Position numbers and translations under genes: made by a program. From Azolla caroliniana (taxonomy: Eukaryota > Plantae > Polypodiophyta), in the NCBI GenBank assembly GCA_043228905.1, contig JBHGNT010000012.1, forward strand, positions 3,286,001 through 3,350,000: 64,000 nucleotides of DNA, read 5' to 3'. Positions 23,717-33,463 of this stretch are shown here, piece by piece (within the stretch, counting starts at the first letter, position 1; the number at the start of each line of letters is the position of its first letter). The notes under the pieces are model-generated. The model had not been told where the DNA came from. It did not search any database and was given only the letters and a program-made list of their open reading frames with translations.

Positions 23717-26700
23717 ATGTCTTCAAAGAAATTCGTGCGCTAGGACTCCAGGTAAGCCTCTCACATTGTGGGCATTTTTGTAAATATGTTTTAGCATCAG
23801 GAACTCGATACGGCGTATCGAGTTCTTGTGTGATGTTTAGGTTTTATACAGGAACTCGATACGGCGTATCGAGTTCCTCTTCAAAGTTTTTAATTTAAAC
23901 AGGAACTCGATACGCCGTATCGAATTCTTGTATAATATGTGTGTTTTATACAGGAACTCGATATGGCGTATCGAGTTCCTGTATTATGTTTGTGTTTTAT
24001 ACATTAACTCGATACGGCGTATCGAGTCCTTGTATAAAACAAGAACTTGAAAGAGGAATATTGTGTCTTTGGGGCAACAACTTAGTATTGTGTGAAAAGA
24101 TATCAAACTTTCTGTCAAAATCAGTCTTTTTTTAGGGTGATTTGCCTTATTTTATAAAAAATAGGGGCCTTAATTATAGAGGTTTTATGACCTAGTATAG
24201 CTTAAAATAGTACAAAATAACCCACAAATTACCTTTACGATACCAAATTCAAGTCTATCATATGCAAATGCTCTACAATATGGATATGGAATCAATATAA
24301 GCCATACTTGCCCTTCAAGACAATATATATCCTTGAATACTTATTAAGATATATATTTTCTAAGCTGAATAGCCCTTACTAGAATAGATTTCTGAATATA
24401 GGACTACCATGTACACTCAATGCATGATTGATATTTATAGTTTACCACAAATCGCCTGCTAGTTTATTTCTTCATCTAATTATTTGTATTTTAATACACA
24501 ATCTTAATCTAAATGACCACCTAACTTATGTTTTCACATGTCCTTTCTTAAATAGGTCGTTTGAGAGCTTGTCAGACTGACCTGTGAAGAAGATAAAGCT
24601 CCGCATACAGGGTTCTCCAATTGAAACACAGACCCTAATAGCTCTAGAGACCATGAAGAGAGGAAAAAAGCTTCTCTTCAACGAGGAGACAAAATCTCAA
24701 TCACACATTGAGGTTAGCCAGAAGAAAGTAGTAGCGTAGCAGCTACTAGAGGTGAAGACCTTCCTGACCGTGATCTAACAGACAAGGAATGGTGTATGCC
24801 ATACGTCGACACCAAGAAAAAAGTCGTATTGTATACAACAAAGAAGAAGGGTGAGGGGCAGCTTGAAAATGAAACCCCATTTATGTATGGCCATATTGTA
24901 CGATTTGACTATGAAGATGCAGATTCGGCCAACATACTTGTAATGATAAAGTGCTCTAAGGGGGTACGTAAAGTGTTCCTTTCTGAAGATCTCCTAGTAA
25001 AGGAATCTTGTGGGCTAGAAGCTTTCAAAAAAGAGCTTGAAAGCTCACAAAACCTTATTGTTACCTTGAGGCCTTATATACAAGGCCATGTAACTCTAAG
25101 GGAGCCATTGCCCTCCCCAGTGAAGGCCACAAAAAGGGCATCTAAAGTACAATCAAGACCACCAGTAAAGAAGACCACCAAAATGTCGGACTCCGACTCA
25201 TCAAGTGAAAACGAAGATGAGGACACTTAGGGGACGTTAGGAGCTGAGCTGGCATTGGGTGTGTTGTCATCCGAGCAAAATAAGATACGAAGAGAGTTAA
25301 TGCAGTGTAAACTGGTCAGGAAAGGGCAAGTGTTTAATTTGCCTATAACACACATCCAATGGCCCCCTATTGATGAAAAAACAGGATGAAGACCACTGCA
25401 GATTAGAGAGCCACATCGCATGCATGTTCAAAATCTCAAGAAAAAAATGAAAATTAATCCTCATGCCACTGTGGTGCCTTTTATTGTTATGGTGGATCCT
25501 GAAGAATGTGAAACCATTGAAGATTTGATATAAGAAAGCATGATCAATATAATTATTTTGTCATTGGTGGATCGCATTCAATGGAGGCACGTCGGCAACT
25601 TGTGAGAGAACATCCAACGACTTTCTTCTTCAAGTATGCCGAGTGCAAAATTTATGTGGGTCTAACAACTGAAGAGGCAAAGCTGTTGGCATGGGACCAC
25701 AATAATGATAATGACTATCGGCAGAAAATGTCGTCGATTGAGCGTATACGGTTCTTCCACCACGAGTATTTGGACGTCAAACAAAAGTTTGGTGTGAAGC
25801 TACATCCAGGCCTACGACGTCAATGCTTGCATGAAGTCGACATTGTGGTAGATGATAATGTTAAGTCCGATGGTCTTCGAAAGTATGAGTCTTGGTTTCA
25901 ACTGGCCTTTAGAGATGGAGAAGTATGGAACCTACAGGATCAAATCATCTCAATCTGGGAGAATAAGGAGGTCAAGGGTCAACGACAAGAAAAATGTAAG
26001 GTTGACCTCAACTAGAATTCAAGTCACAAGCGGCCAAGAAAATTGACTTGACAATTGAAGAAGCGGCTAACGACATGAAGCTGTCTCTATGGAGAGCGAT
26101 GCAAGGTATTAAGGACGAGCAGCTTCGTGTGTCTATTTTGTCAAGGGTTGTGGCCAAAGATTTAAGCCTTGAAGAAATGGTCACTGAGTTCAATAAGTAA
26201 GTCTTTCAAATATTGATATTGAAGTCTATATGGTGCAATTCAAAGTTCTAATCTTGTTTTCTAATTTCATAGTCATAAGGTGTACATGAAGATCCAAGAA
26301 GTTATGATGAAACAACTTGGATGTATAACTTGGGAACAAGTGACCAAGGATTATCCTCTAACGTCTTCATATAAGGCGTTATCGGAGTATTTTATTGTAT
26401 TCAAGGATTGGGTTAGTATTGGTGGTTTTTCATTACGCTTTCATCATATGTAGAGCTTGTATAATAAAACTTGATGTCCTATTGCTTCTATTAGAAACCG
26501 TGTCGTGGGAAGAAACAAGGAGAAGTTAAGGATATAAACGATTTCCCGACATCCCTCCTTGCACATCTCGAGAGAGCCAGAAAAGAAAAGGATCGTCACT
26601 TAGTCAAGGCGTACGAAATGGAGGAAGATGGCTCCTTTAAAAAAATTAGCCACAAAAAAGATATTACGAGAGATCTTTACTACAATGTCATTTGCGGCGA

Positions 26701-27700
26701 TGTCGTTGACATGATCCAAAAGGTGCCAAAGAAGGAATATACACTAATGATTGCGGATATTCCTTACGGATTTCGAATGGCTAGGTCATCATACAACGGT
26801 GAACCGTTTAGGTTTAAACAGTTGGAGAAGATGGTCAAGGATTTTGCTGAGCTAACAACTGCATCCTTGTGGAGAATAGTTGTCTTTCATAGTATGGACC
26901 AAGGGTACTCGGTAGCTCAAACTTTGAGATCTCGTTGCCATGGCATTGAGACTCAATGTATTATTTTTTATAGGATAAAAACCAATGTAAATAGAGGGCC
27001 AACCTTTCAGTTCGTTAATGCCATTGAATACATCACGATTGGCTACTTCGATGAAATTAAGAAACAAAGAATCAAGGAGCATTCTAATGAAGTGGGAGGT
27101 TCAAATCTGCTGGTATATCCAGCAGTGACACGGAAATGGCGACATGTCACCATGACAGAACGGGGACTTGTCAACCCATACCAAAAACCTCAACGACTTA
27201 TGATGCGCTTGATCGAGATGTTTTCTATCGAAGGAGATTGGATATTAGATCTCCTTTCTGGCACAGGTATTCCTCGAACTAGGGTAACGATCTTGAGACA
27301 AACAATACCGAATCTTTTTTGTTTGAGAACTAATTCTTCTTGTTACTTTCTTCACATGAATGACGTCTGCATGTGCATTGAAGCTCTTTAGAAACACAGT
27401 TGCATTGGAGAAGGACGAGGATCAGGTTATATTTATAAACATGAGGATTAAGGATATGTGGGAGTGCCCAGACCGTGGCGAGGAGGTCGATGCAAAGAAC
27501 CTCCCTGATACAAAAAGGTTTCAACCTGCTTCGCAAGAGCCTATTCCTCCGTTAGCCAAGGAACCGGGGGAGCTAATAGAGCTTGATGATGAAGATATTT
27601 CGTTGGCTTGGCTAACAGGGGAAGCCAATGCACGTATAGCCAAAGAGATTCTACACAGGATGATGAAGAAAATGACATTGATGAATTGATTGCTATGTAA
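23717..27700 (+). pseudogene. Spliced cargo gene: ParB/Srx-like domain fused to a beta-class N6-adenine/N4-cytosine DNA methyltransferase (N6_N4_Mtase type), ~970 codons, inactivated
   Basis: Reconstructed exons ~23717-23751, 24556-26196, 26273-26411, 26495-27266 and 27358-27700. The first three introns are GT-AG and preserve frame; the last acceptor reads CAT instead of CAG. ParB-like: IRE..HVQNLKKKM..PFIV..YFVIGGSHS.EARRQL..IY.GLT.EEA.LLA..HN. MTase: VICGDVVDMIQKVPKKEYTLMIADIPYG (DIPY at 26756-26767), NPYQKPQRLMMRLIEMFSIEGDWILDLLSGTG, then TSACALKLFRNTVALEKD. Catalytic motif IV lies before SAM-binding motif I, which is the beta order. Confidence 0.85.
23798..24041. repeat. Five palindromic units at exact 51-bp period in intron 1 of the cargo gene
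   Basis: The core CAGGAACTCGATACG-G-CGTATCGAGTTCCTG starts at 23798, 23849, 23900, 23951 and 24002. Confidence 0.95.
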
Positions 27701-28164
27701 TAGACTCTATGAAGAAAATGACATTGACGATATGTTTGGATTTCACATTATTAATACAAATTTTGGGTTTTACTTGGTGGATTCTATTCTTTATAATCTT
27801 CTATATGTTTCAATTTTATTTTTATATACTTGGTTAGTAGACTTATGACATTGGTTTTACTGCGTGCATAGCTGACTACCAAATTTATGGAGAAACATGA
27901 ATTAGTTTAAATTGAGGCTGATTTTGGTCCAAGTTTACCTTAACATAACATGGTCGTCGAATTGTTGCCATGAATGTCCATGTTGTTATTATGGATCTTT
28001 GTCTTCTGTTGTTAAAACTATTATGTTTCTATTCCATTGTTGCTTAGATTGTGTAGTGTGTTGATAATGGTTCCACTAGCGTTATCCGCATGTTTTTATA
28101 CGATTGTAGTTCCACTAGTGTTATCGTTTGGAGTTTGATCCTGTGTGAATCACCTAATCAATAG

Positions 28165-28409
28165 AGTAGATCAATTTTTAATACAAGTATGAAAGCCTTA
28201 ATAGGTTTGTTATTTCCACCACATTATCCTAAAGTTCACTATCTTACATTTTCCACAATTATATACATATGGTTTGATCTCATACGAACAAACTGAGGAA
28301 TAGATTAGATCAACTTTAAATACAAGTATTGAATACTTTAATAAGTTAGTTATTCCAATCAGATTATCCTAAAGTGCACTATCCTACATTGTCCACAATT
28401 ATATACATG
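28165..28409. repeat. ~105-bp subterminal direct duplication inside the transposon
   Basis: TAGATCAA..TAATACAAGTAT...ATTATCCTAAAGT.CACTATC.TACATT.TCCACAATTATATACAT at ~28167-28270 and ~28306-28409. Confidence 0.8.
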
Positions 28410-28751
28410 CACGTATGGGTCAAAGTATAAATTATAACTCATTTTATTAGTATGGATACAAGTACACCTCATATTTTTGTAAAACTTACCAAATTAATAT
28501 AATTCTTTAACTTAGTGTTTCCCATGTCGCACATTAGTGACATATTCAGCCATTGTTGAACTTTATTATGCCCACATTAACTTATCAACACGTCCAAACT
28601 TGCATGATTTCTAATGATCTCCACTCGTAGACCTAACATGTATTTTTATATTTGCAAATTCTAATCAAGTTGTGGAACATGTGATACTAGTGCATCCAAT
28701 TTTTGTAGAGAGGGTGTATTTGGATAGTTTCAAGAAGATTCTACAAGTGGA

Positions 28752-28787
28752 ATGCGCAATCCTTCCACTTGTGAACGCGAACGTGTT
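28752..28787 (-). repeat. Right terminal inverted repeat
   Basis: Inverted copy of 19758-19793; followed by TSD TTAG. Confidence 0.93.
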
Positions 28788-29211
28788 TTAGCTCTTCACA
28801 TTACACACTATTTTATGTTACACCTATTCATTAAGTAGAATGTATAGGTCTTGTGCAATCTTCCCATCAACTTTGCCAATCCCTTGCTTGGCCTCTAGTG
28901 GGAGATTGATAGATAGTGAGAAAGGCCAAAAAGGTAATTCTCACTATTTATCACTAGGTATATAAGTTAATTAAAAACGGGGGTTTTCTGTGCTTGCCAA
29001 AAACATTTTTGTGTTGTTTTCTTCTTTGTGTTATTCACCCTTTTGTTTGCTGAAAAACAACAACTCGTCCGTTTCTCCTTGCTCATACAACACAACCTCT
29101 TATTGTGGGGCGTAGGAAAGGTAGGTGACGCATCCTCCAGGGCGCAAATGGTGCTTCAATGCCCCCCACCTAGAGGATGCTCAAGCTTCTTGTAAGAGCT
29201 CAACCCCCAAC

Positions 29212-30335
29212 ATGTCTCTACATTTTGTAAACTTATGTGTATCCAATGGCTTAGTAAAGATGTCTATAGCCATTTCTTCACTTGAACAATGTTGTAGTAT
29301 GATGTCACCTTGTTCAATTATATCCTTCACAAAATGATAGTTGATATTCATATGCTTAGCACACTTTGTACTTCCTGAATTTGGTGTACATTACAACTCG
29401 ATTATCATTGATTGTTGGAATGGGTTTATTAAAATGTAGATCTTATTCGTTGATTTAGTTGGATGCCCATAAAGTTTCTTTTACTACATACGTTAATGCC
29501 ATATATTTTGCCTCTTTTATTGATAATGAAACACTATTTTGTTTCTTGCTCCCCCATAGAGCAATCACATTGCTAATAAAAGTTCACAATAACCAGAAAT
29601 AGGTTTTCGATGGGTGAATCACTTGCCCAATCAACCTCCACATGCAATGTCATATCCGTGGAGCATGCATTAAATGTAAGTCCCACGTCAATTGTTCCCT
29701 TTAAGTATTTTAGGATTTTTTTTGTAGGTTTTCAATGAGTAGGGCTATTGTTCTCTAAGAATTGACTTAGTTTGTTAGTTGCAAAATTAAATATCTAACC
29801 TGTTACAAAGGCTAGTATACATAATAGAACCAGTTAATGACATGTATGGAAAATTTACATATCACCTTTCAATTGTCATAAACATTTGAAAGTTGCCGTA
29901 GTCCTTCCATGTACCATTCTTTCAAAGTGCTTCTAGTTCCAAATGTATTGCCTCTTCCCACTTTGCTCTATTTGATGAAAGTAAAACTTCTTTTAAATTA
30001 GATAGTTCTAGTATTTGAGATTCTATGCTTACATTGCACACAAATGAAGGATCTCTAAGGATAGAAGATGGTCTTCTAACTCTTTGACTTCACCCTAAGC
30101 AAGACAATGCAATTTCCATTTAATTTGATGATGTTCCTTCTCGTACGGTGGTTTCTTCACATGATTCTTCACCAATAGATGTGTCTGCATCTTCTTGTAA
30201 AATGCTACCAATAATCATGTGTGAACCTTTAATGATAGATTTGTTACCTTTTTCTTGTATTTTATAAAGGAAATGATCTTCATCAAACAACACATTGGGA
30301 GCGAGAAACACTCGTTTTTGCTCTTCGCTCAATTA
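29212..30335 (-). pseudogene. Highly decayed copia integrase-end/RT/RNase H remnant
   Basis: Minus-strand fragments resembling KH.NI.YHFVKD, ..DIFTKPL and NVLFDE, with many lesions. Confidence 0.6.
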
Positions 30336-30345
30336 AATTCTATAT

Positions 30346-30687
30346 CCATAGCACAAAAGGTACACAGGAGAGACAGAGAAAGAGCAAAACAACTTAGATC
30401 TATTATCAACAACTCTATAAAATTCTCTGTACATACAACGTGCTCAACAGCACTATTTACACAAGTCCTAAGAAGCCTAACAGAAGTACGGTGTACTTCA
30501 ATGCTTAGATGAGCGTCTGACACTAACGACGAGACATTAACTACCTAGTAGTCTAGACTGCTAACTGGCTCCCTAGCTTACCGGCTCACTTGCTCACCCG
30601 CTCACCGATCCGGCCCATCCTTCCAGATGCTGATCCGACTCAAGCTTATTCAGCCGATCCGGATTTGGTTGAGCTTGCCGTTCAACA
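30346..30687. mobile_element. Truncated LTR of the same copia family as 894-1353 and 62114-62569
   Basis: Shared blocks CTCTGTACATACAACGTGCT, TACCTAGTAGTCTAG and CTTATTCAGCCGATCCGGAT...TCAACA. Confidence 0.75.
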
Positions 30688-30739
30688 CCGAGGCCGAAGC
30701 GGTAGTAACTATCGATGATGTTTCTATTGGAGTAACCGT

Positions 30740-30965
30740 TGACACGGTTCTCGCAGAAGAGAAAATGGGAGCGGCCGCTCACTTGGTCCTCACCAGAACA
30801 GAAATGGGAGTTGCTTCCAAAACATGAGTGTGAGCAACCGTTGACGTGGTCCTCACCGGAGCAGAAACGGGAGTGGCCTCCAAAACATGAGTGGGAGCGA
30901 CCATTGACACGGTCCTCACCGGATCAAAAATGGGAATCGGAGCAACCGTTGATGTGGTTCTCGCC
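30740..30965. repeat. ~63-bp tandem repeat (~3.5 copies)
   Basis: Seen as the PLTWSSPEQK...21-aa unit in the + strand ORF 30739-31047. Confidence 0.75.
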
Positions 30966-32164
30966 AAAGCAGGCAGCCAAACAAATGGCGGAGCATTGGC
31001 TTGAAGAAGAGTGGAAGCAATCGCTTGTGGGCGAGAATTCGAGGTGAAGTTGATGGAGCAACATCGCCAATCCACGATTGGATTGTGAGTCTCGAGCCCT
31101 AATAACCCCAAGATTATAGGATGTCATGGTGATGTGATGAGGTTAAAAATGATTTCTTCCTAGTGGCCTCCTATGTGGAGACTCAAGGGAATTGTTGTAT
31201 CTGTGATTGCACCAGAAGACAGCGTTCGACCATCAATCACTTCAACTAGAATCGGGACAGTTATCTTATTGCTTGAAATGTTGTGTCCGTGCAAACATGA
31301 TATCAATAAAGCACGACGTAGCCCCAGAATCCAACAAAGCTTTTGTCTTTAGAGTGGTAGAGCCAAACTGAAGAGTGATCGGAAGCGTGAAGCTTGTTGT
31401 CGAGGCAGTCAATTGATTGGGCCCTTGACACAATTGTCGACTCTTCTGGTCCAGATGCATAGCCCCTACTACAACTACACATTGGAGGTTTCCTGTTGAC
31501 AAAAAATGTGAACCCCATCCACACAATGTGGTGTTTGATGGGGTCCCATTTTTGGGCAAGACCGGATCAAATGATCGGGGCCACCACAATAGAGACATAA
31601 ATTGTTGGCCCGTCGATGTTGTCGTTGTGCGTTCGTCAATGGTCGGTAGCAAACTCGATCGATCTCCATTGGGAAGCTAGAATCTATGGCGAGAGTTGAA
31701 GATGAAGTTAAGGATGACATGTGAGTCAGGGCCGTCGACCACAGTAGGTGACTTCGTGTAGCGGTGTCGTGTGGTTTTTCACACACAATATGAAAACTAG
31801 TAAAATAATTATTTAATATTAGCTTAATGTATTCATATAGATAGGTGTCTTCAAGAGTTTCATAGTGTATTTTACTACGCATGAAACGGATAAACAAGTA
31901 TCAAGCTATGTGAGTGAGAAGTTTGAAGAAGAAGAAAGAAAAGACAAAATTGTGAGATATCCCACATAGATAGGACAACATTGGAACCCAGGATATATAA
32001 GGGAAACCAAAACATATTCATTCTATCAATTTGTAGAACACAAAATGTTCAAGGTGACTTGGGCTACACTATATGGTGTGCATGGCCTCGTGGATGTTTT
32101 CGAACGTACGCGCGCATGTACGCGCGCATGCGTGGACGGACGCGTGTGTGCGCACGTGCGCATG

Positions 32165-32826
32165 CGTGGATGCGTACACTACGGCGTGGTCGAGACTTTT
32201 GTGCGTCGATGCGTACACGGTGCGGGTTTGACGCGCGCGCGTGTGGATGCGTACACTACTACGCGGTCGAGACTTTTGCGTGCGGACGCGTCTACGGTTT
32301 GGTTGCGACGCACGTACGGATTGCGCACAGGCTAAACTTTATGAATGATTGTGTCATTTGGCCGAATTATATGGACAATCACATGTGTGGATGCGTACAC
32401 TACGGCGTGGTCGAGACTTTTGTGCGTCGATGCGTACACGGTGCGGGTTTGACGCGCGCGCGTGTGGATGCGTACACTACTACGCGGTCGAGACTTTTGC
32501 GTGCGGACGCGTCTACGGTTTGGTTGCGACGCACGTACGGATTGCGCACAGGCTAAACTTTATGAATGATTGTGTCATTTGGCCGAATTATATGGACAAT
32601 CACATGTGTGGATGCGTACACTACGGCGTGGTCGAGACTTTTGTGCGTCGATGCGTACACGGTGCGGGTTTGACGCGCGCGCGTGTGGATGCGTACACTA
32701 CTACGCGGTCGAGACTTTTGCGTGCGGACGCGTCTACGGTTTGGTTGCGACGCACGTACGGATTGCGCACAGGCTAAACTTTATGGATGATTGTGTCATT
32801 TGGCCGAATTATATGGACAATCACAT
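32165..32826. repeat. 221-bp x3 CpG-rich tandem repeat in the gypsy 5' LTR
   Basis: Identical ORF starts at 32349, 32570 and 32791 (period 221). Only one unit is present in the 3' LTR. Confidence 0.93.
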
Positions 32827-33414
32827 GCAACCAAAAGCCAAGGCCATGCAACTAAAAGTAAAAGGCATGCATCTAAAAATGGAAGCATGCAACTAAAAGC
32901 AGAGGCCATGCAACTAAAAATGGAGGCCATCCAACTAAAAGTGGGGATGCAAAGTAACATTGGGGAGGAGGATCAACGAGGAGCTCGATATATGTCCCAT
33001 TTTTTCCCTCTTAGTTTTTTTTTTTTTTCCCCCCCTCTTCCTTCTTCTTCCCTCTCGGATTCGAGAAACAAATTATCTCACATATTGATATCAAACTCCT
33101 AGCTTTGTTTACTTGATCTTTCTAGTAAAAATTTATCTCTCGTATTCAGATCGGACCACTCCTTGCATGGTTGTTGGCTCCTTTCTTTGAAAATTTAATC
33201 TCTCATTTCCATACCCAACCCATTGTAACACGATTCTGAAATTATAAAGAATCGATTTTCTTTTGCAATAAACTAATGATTTTTCTCTTCCACTTGTCTT
33301 ATGCTTAAAACTTGCTTGTGTTTTACATGTTGCACTAAATCCTTCTAGTCCAGAACCCCGACGGTTCCATCTCACGATCCGCACATAGTGACGGATTTTC
33401 ACGACATAATTAAG

Positions 33415-33432
33415 TGGTGAACCTGACGTGAA
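33415..33432 (+). promoter_or_regulatory. Primer-binding site, probably tRNA-Trp
   Basis: TGGTGAACCTGACGTGAA is within 1 mismatch of the reverse complement of the plant cytosolic tRNA-Trp 3' end as I recall it (...TTCACGTCGGGTTCACCA). Confidence 0.7.
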
Positions 33433-33463
33433 AGAGGCGGTAGGAAGGATATCAAGTGTAACA

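Larger units (their letters stand above)
19758..28787. mobile_element. 9,030-bp TIR DNA transposon, Sola-like, carrying a ParB-like/DNA amino-methyltransferase cargo gene
   Basis: Left end AACATGTTCGCGTTCACAAGTGGAAGGATCACGCAT versus rc of right end AACACGTTCGCGTTCACAAGTGGAAGGATTGCGCAT (33/36 match). 4-bp TSD TTAG at 19754-19757 and 28788-28791. Copia-type sequence lies on both sides. Two divergent genes inside. Confidence 0.92.

Noticed and set aside
23798-24041. CRISPR array (palindromic repeats with regular spacing)
   Set aside because: The spacers are only ~20 bp, AT-rich and related to each other. There are no cas genes, and the array lies in a spliceosomal intron of a eukaryotic transposon.
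23717-27700. Bacterial contamination, prophage or restriction-modification system as the source of the MTase
   Set aside because: The gene has GT-AG introns, sits within TIRs and a TSD inside a plant copia, shows plant-type C>T decay and has no partner endonuclease.
28907-29211. 3' LTR of the + strand copia
   Set aside because: It follows a PPT-like tract and starts with TG, but no matching 5' copy or TSD was found, so its boundaries cannot be supported.
31981-33102. Arg/Cys-rich repetitive ORFs, also at 39277-40236
   Set aside because: Translations of tandem repeats inside LTRs.
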